DNA of 64,000 nt from an uncultured delta proteobacterium (GCA_963823335.1 CAWGLD010000003.1:139319-203318), one strand, 5' to 3'. Numbered from the stretch's first letter, positions 47,493 through 56,993 are shown. Translations and numbers: made by a program. The notes: generated by a model not told the origin, from the letters alone.

Positions 47493-50327
47493 ATGAGCGG
47501 CGGCGTAGACTATTGGTTGGGACAACTATTAAGTCTTGTATTTTATCTTATGACCATTGTTGTCTACAACCGTGCCAAGAAAGAATATGTGGGTGGTAAA
47601 ATTGCCGCCGCCATCAACCTGATCATGGTTTGCCTGGTCATCCTTTTTTTTACTGATTTCATCGACTACTTTCTCCTGAAGCTGGTGCCCCTGGGGAAGG
47701 ATACCATCACCATTTTAAAGATATTGCTGAAGCTGATCGCCATCTGTGTTCTTTTCTTTGGTGGTCTGAGGTTTTTCGCATCCAGGTCTATCGCGTCCGG
47801 TGTGGAACAGGATGACGATCTTTTGGTAGGTATCCATTCGGAACTGCCGCATCCGCAAATGACAGCCTCTCCTGCCGATAACAAGTCAACGGTTGTCATA
47901 GAGGGCCTGTCCGATAAAAAGAAACCGAGACTTGGCCGATACGAGATCCTCGAGCAGATCGGCAAGGGTGCCATGGGAATCGTTTACAAGGGGCGGGATC
48001 CCAAACTGAATCGCTTAACAGCCATAAAGACCATTCGTTTTATTGATGAATATGACGAGGACAAAGCTGACCAGATAAAAACCCAATTCTACCGGGAAGC
48101 AGAAGTCGTAGCCAGGCTCTCCCACAAAAACATCGTAATGATGTATGATGTGGGTGAAGATCTGGATCTGTCCTACCTTGCAATGGAATTCCTGGAGGGA
48201 GAAAGCCTGGAGCGTCATACAACGGCAGGAAATCTGCTTCTCCTGGACCAGTGCTTCGATTATATCATACAGGTATGCGATGCACTTCACTATGCCCACA
48301 GCCAGGGTGTGGTTCACCGCGATATCAAACCCGGAAACATCATGATACTCAAGGGTGGCCTGGTAAAGGTCATGGATTTCGGTATTGCCAGAGCAGCCGG
48401 GGGTACAAAGACACGAACCGGGATTATCAAAGGTACCCCTTTTTACATGTCACCCGAACAGGCAAAAGGTGCCAATATCACCGGCGCTTCGGATATCTTC
48501 TCTCTGGGGGTTCTTTTTTATCAGCTGCTGACGGGTAAATTGCCATTTACTGGAGAGAATCTTGCGACCATCATGTATCAGACAGCAAACGTGACCCCGG
48601 AACCCGTCACGACTTACCAACCGGATGTAGACCCCGCGGTAGTCTCGATACTCAACCAGGCACTTGAGAAAAATCCGGAAATGCGTTTCGGCAGCGCAAA
48701 GGAAATGGCCGAAGCCTTGAGAAACCATGTTGAAAAGCTGAAAATGGATGCCGTTGCCCAGGGTGTCGACCCTGGCGGAGCTGCTTTTCCGGATACAGTT
48801 GATCGGGCTTTGGGATCTGAAACAGACCCGGTGGAGACCATCGATCTGTCAGATTTGGAGCAGGCATTGAAAACGGAAGCCCTGACGCCGGTTGAAAGGG
48901 ATGCGACTGTTGTGGACGCCCGGGTCGTGCCTGAGGAGGATAAACCTGGGGAAGAGGGGCTGGATGATGTCAAGGATAAAACACGGAAAGGCTTTGACCT
49001 GGCAGAATTGAGAGAGATAATCGCTGCTGGGAGGCAAAAGGGCACTGGGGCTGAATCACCGCCCCTGAACGGCACCGATGCTGGTATGGAGGCTTATCAA
49101 CGGGTCGATGCAGTTAAAACAGAGACCAATCGACAGATTGTAAAGGCGGATTCGTTCCAGGAGGATCTAGATGAAGCCGTTCTGCAGCCATACGAGCCCA
49201 AAAGACTCAAAGATGAAAGGAGAGCACTGCCGGGATACGCATTTCTGGTAGCATATGCTGTTCTCGCACTGATTGTGGTGGCAGGAGGCTATTACTTCTT
49301 CTGGAAGAGCCCGAATGCCGACAGCAGGCTTTTGAAAATGGTGTACTATAAGTATTTTGAATCAGCGGAGCAGAAAAATAAAAAAATGCGGGACGAACAG
49401 CAGCGACTGGTTCAGGAGATCATGAAACAGAAGATGCTTGAAAAACAAAAGCTCGCCCAGATTCAAGCGGACAAACAAACAGAACAGGAAAAGAGAGAAT
49501 CCAGCGAAGAAGAGAAAAGAAAGATTCAACTGGCCCTTGCAACGAAGAAAATGGAGGCGCAGAAAAAACTGGAGGACGAGCGTCAAGCCAAACTGCTTAG
49601 GGAACAAAAGCAGGAAGAAGAAAGGCTGCGGCGAATTGAGGCGGAAAAGAATAAAGAGTCCGAACGCATTGCCAGAATTGCAGAGGAAAAGCAGCGCTTG
49701 CTGGAACAGCGGGAACGAATTGAAAAAGAAATGCGAGAGGCTGCCCTCCAAAAAGACCTCTCAACGGTCAAAACTGTCCTGTCGACCGCAGATACGTATC
49801 GAAAAAATGAAGATTATGATGCTGCCAAGAAACAATATGCAGCTGCCCTGGAATTGATTGAGCAGAGCGCCTACGGGGTTGATTCACGGCTTTTACAACA
49901 AAAAGTCATAATCCAGGACAGACTGCTGCAGGAAGACATGGTATATGGCCCAAGGGGGTATATACGTTATCAGGATGCCTGGGTTTCTCCTGAAGAATAT
50001 GAAGTGATACGTCTCAAAGAGGGCTATGTCAAATATCAGGGGGAATTCAGAGATTATCGAACCCTCCGGAAACTTATCCGTTCGAAAACAGAACCCCTGG
50101 TGGAATCTTATGTATTGTCAAAGTACAGCGATGAAACAATCCATAAACAGGATATCAAATACAAGGGACTCAACTTGAAGAACAATACCAGCAAGCAGTC
50201 AAGATATATGGTTGATTACACGTGGGAGGTGTGGCGTTTCAAGGGTATTGAAGAGGGCGTCTGCTCGGTTGTGATCGCTTATGATGTCGTAAAAGATTCC
50301 TGGGAGCTTATCGAGGGTTGTGAGTAA
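47493..50327 (+). CDS. Hanks-type Ser/Thr kinase: 3TM - kinase - linker - TM - coiled coil - C-terminal domain
   Basis: IGKGAMGIV, AIK, HRDIKPGN, DFG, GTPFYMSPEQ, SDIFSLG; hydrophobic helix AFLVAYAVLALIVVAGGYYFFW; E/K/Q-rich coil. Confidence 0.93.
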   Translation: MSGGVDYWLGQLLSLVFYLMTIVVYNRAKKEYVGGKIAAAINLIMVCLVILFFTDFIDYFLLKLVPLGKDTITILKILLKLIAICVLFFGGLRFFASRSIASGVEQDDDLLVGIHSELPHPQMTASPADNKSTVVIEGLSDKKKPRLGRYEILEQIGKGAMGIVYKGRDPKLNRLTAIKTIRFIDEYDEDKADQIKTQFYREAEVVARLSHKNIVMMYDVGEDLDLSYLAMEFLEGESLERHTTAGNLLLLDQCFDYIIQVCDALHYAHSQGVVHRDIKPGNIMILKGGLVKVMDFGIARAAGGTKTRTGIIKGTPFYMSPEQAKGANITGASDIFSLGVLFYQLLTGKLPFTGENLATIMYQTANVTPEPVTTYQPDVDPAVVSILNQALEKNPEMRFGSAKEMAEALRNHVEKLKMDAVAQGVDPGGAAFPDTVDRALGSETDPVETIDLSDLEQALKTEALTPVERDATVVDARVVPEEDKPGEEGLDDVKDKTRKGFDLAELREIIAAGRQKGTGAESPPLNGTDAGMEAYQRVDAVKTETNRQIVKADSFQEDLDEAVLQPYEPKRLKDERRALPGYAFLVAYAVLALIVVAGGYYFFWKSPNADSRLLKMVYYKYFESAEQKNKKMRDEQQRLVQEIMKQKMLEKQKLAQIQADKQTEQEKRESSEEEKRKIQLALATKKMEAQKKLEDERQAKLLREQKQEEERLRRIEAEKNKESERIARIAEEKQRLLEQRERIEKEMREAALQKDLSTVKTVLSTADTYRKNEDYDAAKKQYAAALELIEQSAYGVDSRLLQQKVIIQDRLLQEDMVYGPRGYIRYQDAWVSPEEYEVIRLKEGYVKYQGEFRDYRTLRKLIRSKTEPLVESYVLSKYSDETIHKQDIKYKGLNLKNNTSKQSRYMVDYTWEVWRFKGIEEGVCSVVIAYDVVKDSWELIEGCE

Positions 50328-50503
50328 GAAGGGTCCAAGGGTAAAAGGGTTAGAGGTTCGGAGGGTAAGCCTGGCGGAAGACAGTAAGCAGTCGGTAGAA
50401 GACAGGAGTCAGAAGTCAGAAGTCGGAGGACAGAAGACAGAATTCTGATTCTTCATCTTTTCATTCATAATTCGATGTTGGACGTTGGATGTTCGATGTT
50501 CAT
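50328..50503. repeat. Three stacked oligomer arms (octamer AGGGT.., heptamer AGAAGTC/AGTAAGC, heptamer TTCGATG)
   Basis: Directly after the kinase stop codon. Confidence 0.8.
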
Positions 50504-50540
50504 CTTTTAACGCAACATAAAGCCTAGGTAAGCAATCAAT

Positions 50541-52214
50541 ATGTCCATCCAGGGAGACATTCAGACCTTTTCGCTGTCTGCGATAGGGAGAATGATTCAT
50601 GACGAAAAAAAAACGGGTATTTTGAACGTCAGCAGCGCCGATTCTGTCACCCGTATTTATTTCAAGCGGGGTGGCATTGTCTTCATCAGCGGCGACCTTG
50701 CCGAGGAACTTTCTCTGGGTGCATTGCTCAAAGCGGACAAACTGGTTCAAGAGACAGAAATCCAGAAGGCCCTGGAGATCGCTGCAAAATCAAACAAACG
50801 TCTGGGTGTTACCCTTGTTGAACAGGGGTATGTCACCCAAGAGGATTTGGTCAAAGTATTGAATCTGCAATTTAAAGAGGCTATTTCAAAAGCATTGATC
50901 TGGAAAGAAGGCACCTTTGTATACACGGATGGGCTCGATGGATATGTGGAGGATATCAGACTGGATATGGATCCCATCCGCTTGGTTGCCGAGGCCGAGA
51001 GATGGAAGGAGTACCGGATCCTGATTCCAAATGATCAGGTTGTCTTTGAAATAAAAGATGTGGCGTTACGCCCCAACAGTTTTTCAACCGAGGGTGTCTA
51101 TGATGTCATGCTTCTGGCCGATGGCAACCGTACCGTTGCAGAAATTATCCAGTCGACCGGTAAGACACGCATAGCGGTATACAGGGCCCTCACCAGTCTT
51201 TTTGTCCAGGGTATTATCGAGAGAAAAAAAACACCTGAAGATATTCGAAAAGGCAGGCAGATCAGCGCCGAGTCCATCATGCGTTTTTTCCTGCCATTGA
51301 TCAAAGAGATCGTGTCTGATTTTTCCACAGAGATGGGGGCTAAAAAAGCTGCGTCCATATTAGCCGGCAGCATTGCAACTTCACCGCAAGCTGACACATT
51401 TCTTCAGGAGGTTCGCCCGGAGGATACAGTCGACACGATGATTAAAAATATCCGTGAAAAGATAGGGCGCTCATCGAAACCGGCTAAATCGACTGATCTG
51501 GCAAGGGGATTGAAAAACACCATCGTACAGATTCTCAAGGAAGAACATCGACTTCTGGGCCTCAAGGCCGTAAACGGAACGCTTCGACGCATGATGGCCC
51601 TGATTGAGAACATGCCCGCGGAGCAGAAGATCATCGCCGGATCTTTTGTGCCCCTTCTGGCCAAATTATTTGCGAGTGAAAAAGATTCCCAGGGGACAGA
51701 AGATATTTTCGCACATACCACATCGGGTGGCGGTGTTACCGAGGACACCAGCGGAACTCAAGCCCCGGATTTGAGTAATATCGGTGGGGCTGTGATAATC
51801 GCGTTCTACAGCAGAATTACCCAGATTCTTATCACGGATTTAGAAGAAAATCTTGGGGCGAAATCCCATGCGCTGTTTGATAATATACTTAAAAACTCGG
51901 AATACCACCAGGAATTTTTATGCCGGTTCCATGCTGCTGACGACATCCCAACGAATGTAGAGAGGATCCGGCATCATATTTCGAATGAGGGCTATCGACT
52001 CAGCAAAATGAGTTTCATCAAAGGGTTTCAACAGGTATTGATTGAGCTTCTGTTGGAGGAAAGACGACTGCTGGGGAACAAGTCTACACACGCAAGTTTG
52101 TCCAAGATTAAGCAATTCATGTCTGATCCGAAACAGAGAGATCTCATGTCTCTATCGGCATATTTTGTCTCTACAATAGAAACCCATGGGGCGTTAGAAT
52201 GGACAATGGTTTAA
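50541..52214 (+). CDS. DUF4388 (PatA-N-like) protein with an MshEN-type motif and duplicated helical C-terminal units
   Basis: MSIQGDIQTFSL..KKTGIL..IYFKRGGIV N-terminus; RLGVTLVEQGYVTQEDLVKVLNLQ; WKEGTFVY; ADGNRTVAEII winged-helix-like segment. Confidence 0.8.
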   Translation: MSIQGDIQTFSLSAIGRMIHDEKKTGILNVSSADSVTRIYFKRGGIVFISGDLAEELSLGALLKADKLVQETEIQKALEIAAKSNKRLGVTLVEQGYVTQEDLVKVLNLQFKEAISKALIWKEGTFVYTDGLDGYVEDIRLDMDPIRLVAEAERWKEYRILIPNDQVVFEIKDVALRPNSFSTEGVYDVMLLADGNRTVAEIIQSTGKTRIAVYRALTSLFVQGIIERKKTPEDIRKGRQISAESIMRFFLPLIKEIVSDFSTEMGAKKAASILAGSIATSPQADTFLQEVRPEDTVDTMIKNIREKIGRSSKPAKSTDLARGLKNTIVQILKEEHRLLGLKAVNGTLRRMMALIENMPAEQKIIAGSFVPLLAKLFASEKDSQGTEDIFAHTTSGGGVTEDTSGTQAPDLSNIGGAVIIAFYSRITQILITDLEENLGAKSHALFDNILKNSEYHQEFLCRFHAADDIPTNVERIRHHISNEGYRLSKMSFIKGFQQVLIELLLEERRLLGNKSTHASLSKIKQFMSDPKQRDLMSLSAYFVSTIETHGALEWTMV

Positions 52215-53488
52215 ACTACTGGTTGGCGCAGCTCCTGATTCTGGTGTTCTACATCATGACCCTGTTGATATATAACCGTGCCAGAAATGAATATATCGGG
52301 GGAAAGATAGGCGCAGCCATCAACCTGATCATGGGCTTTCTGTTGGTGTTGTTTCTCTCCGATATTGTGGACTACTTCTTGCTTCTGGTTCTGCCCAGGC
52401 ATGAGGATAGTGTTCAGATCATCAAGATCCTGCTGAGGTTGGCAGCCATCTGTATATTGTTTTTCGGTGGATTACGTTTTTTTGTCGGCAGGTCGCGTGT
52501 GGTGGAAGTGATGCAGCATACGGTCGACCTGAGAGATCACAAGACACGGCAACCAGAGCCTGAAATGCCGATCCAGGTACCCGAGATGACCCAGGTGACT
52601 AAAAATGTGGTGAAAAAACTGCCAAAACTGGGGCGGTATGAAATTCTGGAGCAGATCGGCCGGGGGGCCATGGGGATCGTATATAAAGGCAAGGATCCCA
52701 TTCTTAACAGGATGACGGCGATCAAGACCATCCGTTTTTCCGATGAATTCGATGAAGACAACGTCGATGTCATCAAAACCCATTTTTATCGCGAGGCCGA
52801 GGTGGTGGCCAAGCTTTCTCATCCGAACATCGTCACTATTTACGATGTGGGTGAGGATCTGGATCTGTCATTTCTGGCCATGGAATATCTTCAGGGTGAA
52901 AGCCTTGAAAAATATACATCCAAAGGGAAGCTTTTTCCGGTGAAGAAATGCCTTGAAATCGTTGCTCAGGTATGTGATGCCCTCGAATACGCTCACACCC
53001 ACGACATTATCCATAGGGATATCAAACCCGCAAATATCATGTTGCTGGGAGATGGTTCCATCAAAGTGACCGATTTCGGCATTGCCCGCGCAACCACCAG
53101 TACCAAAACTCGTACGGGCATTATCAAGGGCACACCTTACTATATGTCACCGGAGCAGACCAAGGGTCTGAAACTTTCAGGCAGATCCGACATTTTTTCA
53201 CTTGGTGTTGTTTTATACCAGCTCCTGACGGGTAGATTGCCCTTTGATGGAGATAACATGGCGGCCATCATGTACCAGATCACGTCTGTCAATCCGACGC
53301 CTCCCACGGAATACACACCGGGCATAAACAAACCTATTCTCACGGTTTTAAATAAGGCCTTGGAGAAGGATCATGACAAACGATATGCACATGCCAGAGC
53401 TATGGGCAAACACCTCCGCATGATTATAGAGAAGATGTCGGAGTTCGAGAGTGGAAGAAAGGAGTATGCACTAAGGAGTAAGCAGTAG
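52199..53488 (+). CDS. Hanks-type Ser/Thr kinase with N-terminal 3TM domain (paralog of 47493)
   Basis: IGRGAMGIV, HRDIKPAN, DFG, GTPYYMSPEQ; N-terminus aligns with the first kinase; overlaps the upstream gene by 16 nt. Confidence 0.93.
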   Translation: MDNGLNYWLAQLLILVFYIMTLLIYNRARNEYIGGKIGAAINLIMGFLLVLFLSDIVDYFLLLVLPRHEDSVQIIKILLRLAAICILFFGGLRFFVGRSRVVEVMQHTVDLRDHKTRQPEPEMPIQVPEMTQVTKNVVKKLPKLGRYEILEQIGRGAMGIVYKGKDPILNRMTAIKTIRFSDEFDEDNVDVIKTHFYREAEVVAKLSHPNIVTIYDVGEDLDLSFLAMEYLQGESLEKYTSKGKLFPVKKCLEIVAQVCDALEYAHTHDIIHRDIKPANIMLLGDGSIKVTDFGIARATTSTKTRTGIIKGTPYYMSPEQTKGLKLSGRSDIFSLGVVLYQLLTGRLPFDGDNMAAIMYQITSVNPTPPTEYTPGINKPILTVLNKALEKDHDKRYAHARAMGKHLRMIIEKMSEFESGRKEYALRSKQ

Positions 53489-53772
53489 GTAGTAAGTAGA
53501 AAGCAGTATGTAGTAGGGAGTGAGCTAACAGAACGATACCGGCGGTAATATAGGATTGGGGTTAAAAACAAAATTTATCAGCTTTATTTATCATGCCGGT
53601 AGGCATTTTTTCCACTTCATAGTCTTTTTCTTCAATCGGAAATGATTTTGTAAGGTGGTGTATCTTTAGTGCAAGTTCATAAGCTACCTGGAAAACAGTC
53701 AAATATCGATATCCCTGATAAACTATTCCCTGCACCCTTATCTTCTTACTCCTTACTACCTACTGCTTACTG
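53470..53772. repeat. Inverted heptamer arms (AGTAAGC/AGTAGGT and CTTACTG/CCTACTG) enclosing a gene remnant
   Basis: Left arm 53470-53524, right arm 53737-53772; each contains the stop codon of a flanking convergent gene. Confidence 0.85.
53562..53726 (-). pseudogene. Four-helix-bundle protein remnant (23S rRNA IVS protein/TIGR02436, bAvd-like), internally deleted
   Basis: Manual translation (ATA)VYQGYRYLTVFQVAYELALKIHHLTKSFPIEEK-DYEVEKMPTGMINKADKFCF*. This is the family N-terminus (YxDLxVyQ..FPxEEK) joined directly to a family-like C-terminus; the central QIRR region is missing. Confidence 0.75.
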
Positions 53773-55295
53773 TTTTTTTGCAGTTTAACCTCAACCCGCC
53801 TGTTCAGCTGTCGGCCTTCCGGTGTAGCGTTAGTGGCAATCGGATTGTCCGGACCCATGCCGGACACGATAATCCGTTTTGAATCGACGCCATTTCCTAC
53901 CAGGTAGATTTTGACAACCGTCGCTCGAAATTTTGACAATTGCCTGTTATAGTCTGCATTTCCCACCGAGTCCGTGTAGCCAGTGCATAAAATCTCCACG
54001 TCATGATACGCCTGGGCAATCTTGATGATGTCATCCAGAAGTGTATACGCCTCTGGCGAGAATTCATTGGAGTCAGACGGGAACTGGATCGTAAACATCT
54101 TTTCCTGAAAAGGAGGGAGCGTCTGTACTGACTCTAAGGGTGGTGGCGGAGCGCTGTTTTCCTGCGTATCTGTTTGCAGTCCTGAAATCTCACTGGCAGG
54201 CTGGGTGGTCGAATCAGGGGACGATATTGATTCTGCCGGCGGCTTTGGCGCCGATGTAGCGGTTTCCGGCGCCATGTTCTGGTGCTGGGTTTGCTTTACC
54301 GGAAACATATCGGTAATCATAGCTGGCATAAAACCTGATTTGAATAAGAGAATACCGGCGACGGCAATTGTCAAAACAAACAACCCGAGAAAAAGCAATC
54401 CGCTGGAAAGGGGATTTTGCAGGGGATGTCGGAAGACATCGAACAGGCGGCCGCCGGAGCGCGTATCCTTTTGGTCCCCTTTGGGTGGTTCCAGGTTGAT
54501 TTGGAGATCTTTGGCAGATTCCTTGATGGTTGCACCATCAACTTTTTGTTTGCCCTTTACATAGGTTGTCAGAAGGGCGTGATCACAAATAATATTAATC
54601 AGGCGCGGGTAACAATTCGAAAAGGAAATGATCTGTCGAATAGCGCTGCTGGAGAAGATTTTTTTTTCGGTACCGGCAACCTTAAGTCTAAAAGCGATAT
54701 AATTTCCAACATCCTCATGCTTGAGCGGGCCGATCAAGTATTTCATGGTAATGCGCTGCAGCAGTGCCCTGTTTCTGTTTTCGTTGAGTGTATCGATGAG
54801 TTCATGTTGCCCGACAAGGAAAACATTCAGCAATTTGGCATCTTTCTTTTCAATGTTGGACAACTGGCGAACTTCTTCCATAATTTCATGACTGAGACGC
54901 TGTGCTTCATCGATAATGATGAGAACTTTCTTGCCGTCCGTATTGGCCTTGTGGAGGAAATGAATGAAATGAACTAGAAAGTCACCCTTGCTTTTAAAGG
55001 TTTTCTTGATGTTGAATGCCTGGGTAATGAAATTGTAGAAATCGAGTTTCTCGAGCCCTGGATCAGGGATCAAGGCGATCAGTGTTTGGTCGTCAAGGCT
55101 TTCCAGGAGGCCGTTGATCAGTGTTGTTTTACCAGTCCCGATATCGCCGGAAAGCAACAGAAAACCACAGTCGTCGCTGATGCCGTATTTCAGCATGGCC
55201 AAAGCTTCTTTGTGGGTTTCACCCAGCCACAGAAACTTGGGATCCGGACTGATTCGAAAGGGTTTTATCTTGAGGTTGAAATGCGAAAGATACAA
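53760..55295 (-). CDS. ExeA/GspA-like AAA+ ATPase with TM and C-terminal OmpA-like peptidoglycan-binding domain
   Basis: MYLSHFNLKIKPFRISPDP, GDIGTGKTT, IIDEAQRL, LVGQHEL, PRLINIICDHALL; GYTDSVG..YNRQLSKFRA..NRRVEV. Confidence 0.9.
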   Translation of the reverse strand: MYLSHFNLKIKPFRISPDPKFLWLGETHKEALAMLKYGISDDCGFLLLSGDIGTGKTTLINGLLESLDDQTLIALIPDPGLEKLDFYNFITQAFNIKKTFKSKGDFLVHFIHFLHKANTDGKKVLIIIDEAQRLSHEIMEEVRQLSNIEKKDAKLLNVFLVGQHELIDTLNENRNRALLQRITMKYLIGPLKHEDVGNYIAFRLKVAGTEKKIFSSSAIRQIISFSNCYPRLINIICDHALLTTYVKGKQKVDGATIKESAKDLQINLEPPKGDQKDTRSGGRLFDVFRHPLQNPLSSGLLFLGLFVLTIAVAGILLFKSGFMPAMITDMFPVKQTQHQNMAPETATSAPKPPAESISSPDSTTQPASEISGLQTDTQENSAPPPPLESVQTLPPFQEKMFTIQFPSDSNEFSPEAYTLLDDIIKIAQAYHDVEILCTGYTDSVGNADYNRQLSKFRATVVKIYLVGNGVDSKRIIVSGMGPDNPIATNATPEGRQLNRRVEVKLQKNSKQ

Positions 55296-55461
55296 TTTTT
55301 TAACCTTTATAAAAACGTATCACGATATTATGAAACGAGACATTGTTGCTCTATTTGGAAAAGGGTTTGACCGCTTCGTTTGCTGCGTCGGAAATTCATT
55401 TTTTAAATATGCTAAACTGACCGGTGTGTCAATGAAACATTATGTTACTGCCGGAAAATCC

Positions 55462-55489
55462 TTGACATTTCAAGGACCCTGAACATAAT
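55462..55489 (+). promoter_or_regulatory. Sigma70-type promoter for the vWA-FHA gene
   Basis: TTGACA-16 nt-CATAAT. Confidence 0.55.
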
Positions 55490-55613
55490 CTTTTCGGCAC
55501 GATTCCGAGATCAAAAATGAACTGTAGCAGTGAGCACATTCCCCGTTGCTTGTAGCGGCGAGCTAAAAGACCGTAAAATTGTGGAACCGTTTTATTGGGA
55601 AAAGGATGGAAAC

Positions 55614-56993
55614 ATGAAATCTGCAGGTGAAGGAATCCTTAAAATCGGTATCTTGAGCTGTTTGGCGATAAGTCTACTGATGTTTTGTGGCTGGGGAGTT
55701 CTTGCACAGCAAGGGGAAACATCCAACTCATGGCCAGTGATAGAAATGCCGACTGGCGTTGAAGGTGATATCAATCAAGCCCTGAAGGTAGATGTGTTAT
55801 TTCTTCTGGATAATTCCGGGAGCATGATTGCCAATGATCCACAGTTTATCACCAGGGAGGTTGTGACCAAATTTTTGATGAACCTCAAGGAGGGTTTCCG
55901 GGTCGGCATGCTCACTTTTGACCAGGAAGCAACCCTCATCGAACCGCTGAGTTTTGTCGATACCGTTGCAGATGCTCAAAGGTTCATGAAAAGTCTGGAT
56001 AGAATCGATTACAAGGGCCAGTTCACCAACACGCCATCCGGAGTTGAAAGAGCTATTTATGAACTCAAGTCGAATGGCCGTGAGGATGCAGAAAAAATTA
56101 TTATCCTTCTTACCGATGGAATCGTCGATACCGGCAATAAGGAGCAGGACATCGCTGGAGAAGAGTGGTTAAGAGACCAGCTCGCCATGGATTGCAAGAT
56201 AGCGGGTATTCGTGTGTTTGGTGTTGCATTTACAGAGATGGCTGATTATCGCCTTATTCAGACCATCGCCTTGAAGACCGAGGGTGAATATTTTAGAACC
56301 TTTAAAAGCGAGGACATACCGGCTGTCTTTGAGAAAATCGACCGGATTATCAGCACACCCAGGACGGAAGATTCCCAGGCGCCTGGTATCAAAGCAGAAC
56401 CGATTCAGATCAAACCGATCATTATTCAGCAGTCTGCCCCTTCCCCGGTGCCGGGGGAAACTATCAATAAAGCATTTGAGCCCGTGCCCTTACTTTTGTC
56501 TGGTCTTATTGTCATTATCATGGTCGTTGTTGTTTTATTTTACCTGAACAAGAGAAAAGAGCTTTCAACGGGGCAGGGCATAAAGGAACGTGCGGAAGTT
56601 CTTGCGTCCAAGGAACCTCCGAAAGGCCAGGCAGAACTCATCGATACCGAAAATGTTGTGACAGAGACCGATTTGTCTGTCCCGATCAATAATAAGGTCG
56701 TAAAGATCGGTCGAGATGCCAGCAACGACATCGTCATTCCGAAAAATTCCATCTCCAGTTTGCATGCGACTATAGAATACAGAAATGGATACTACTATCT
56801 TGAGGATCATCGCAGCACGAATGGCACAAGACTCAACAATATGAAAGTCAAGGAAAATACCCCCATGCGTCTCAAGAGCGGTGATAAAATTCAATTTGCG
56901 GTATATGAGTTCAGATTCCTGATGCCGGAAATGGCACCTTATGGTGAAACTGTCATGATTCAGAACAATGCCGAACCTCATGTAAAGCCATAA
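55614..56993 (+). CDS. Exported vWA domain - TM - cytoplasmic FHA protein
   Basis: Signal-like N-terminus; MIDAS LLDNSGSM..T..LTDG; TM LLLSGLIVIIMVVVVLFYL; FHA IGRDASND..ISSLHA..STNGTRLN. Confidence 0.88.
   Translation: MKSAGEGILKIGILSCLAISLLMFCGWGVLAQQGETSNSWPVIEMPTGVEGDINQALKVDVLFLLDNSGSMIANDPQFITREVVTKFLMNLKEGFRVGMLTFDQEATLIEPLSFVDTVADAQRFMKSLDRIDYKGQFTNTPSGVERAIYELKSNGREDAEKIIILLTDGIVDTGNKEQDIAGEEWLRDQLAMDCKIAGIRVFGVAFTEMADYRLIQTIALKTEGEYFRTFKSEDIPAVFEKIDRIISTPRTEDSQAPGIKAEPIQIKPIIIQQSAPSPVPGETINKAFEPVPLLLSGLIVIIMVVVVLFYLNKRKELSTGQGIKERAEVLASKEPPKGQAELIDTENVVTETDLSVPINNKVVKIGRDASNDIVIPKNSISSLHATIEYRNGYYYLEDHRSTNGTRLNNMKVKENTPMRLKSGDKIQFAVYEFRFLMPEMAPYGETVMIQNNAEPHVKP

Noticed and set aside
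53470-53772. Diversity-generating retroelement
   Set aside because: Only an Avd-like fold remnant; no reverse transcriptase or TR/VR pair seen in the window.
47493-56993. Type VI secretion locus
   Set aside because: Kinase, FHA, OmpA and vWA domains are present but no tss, hcp, vgrG or clpV genes.
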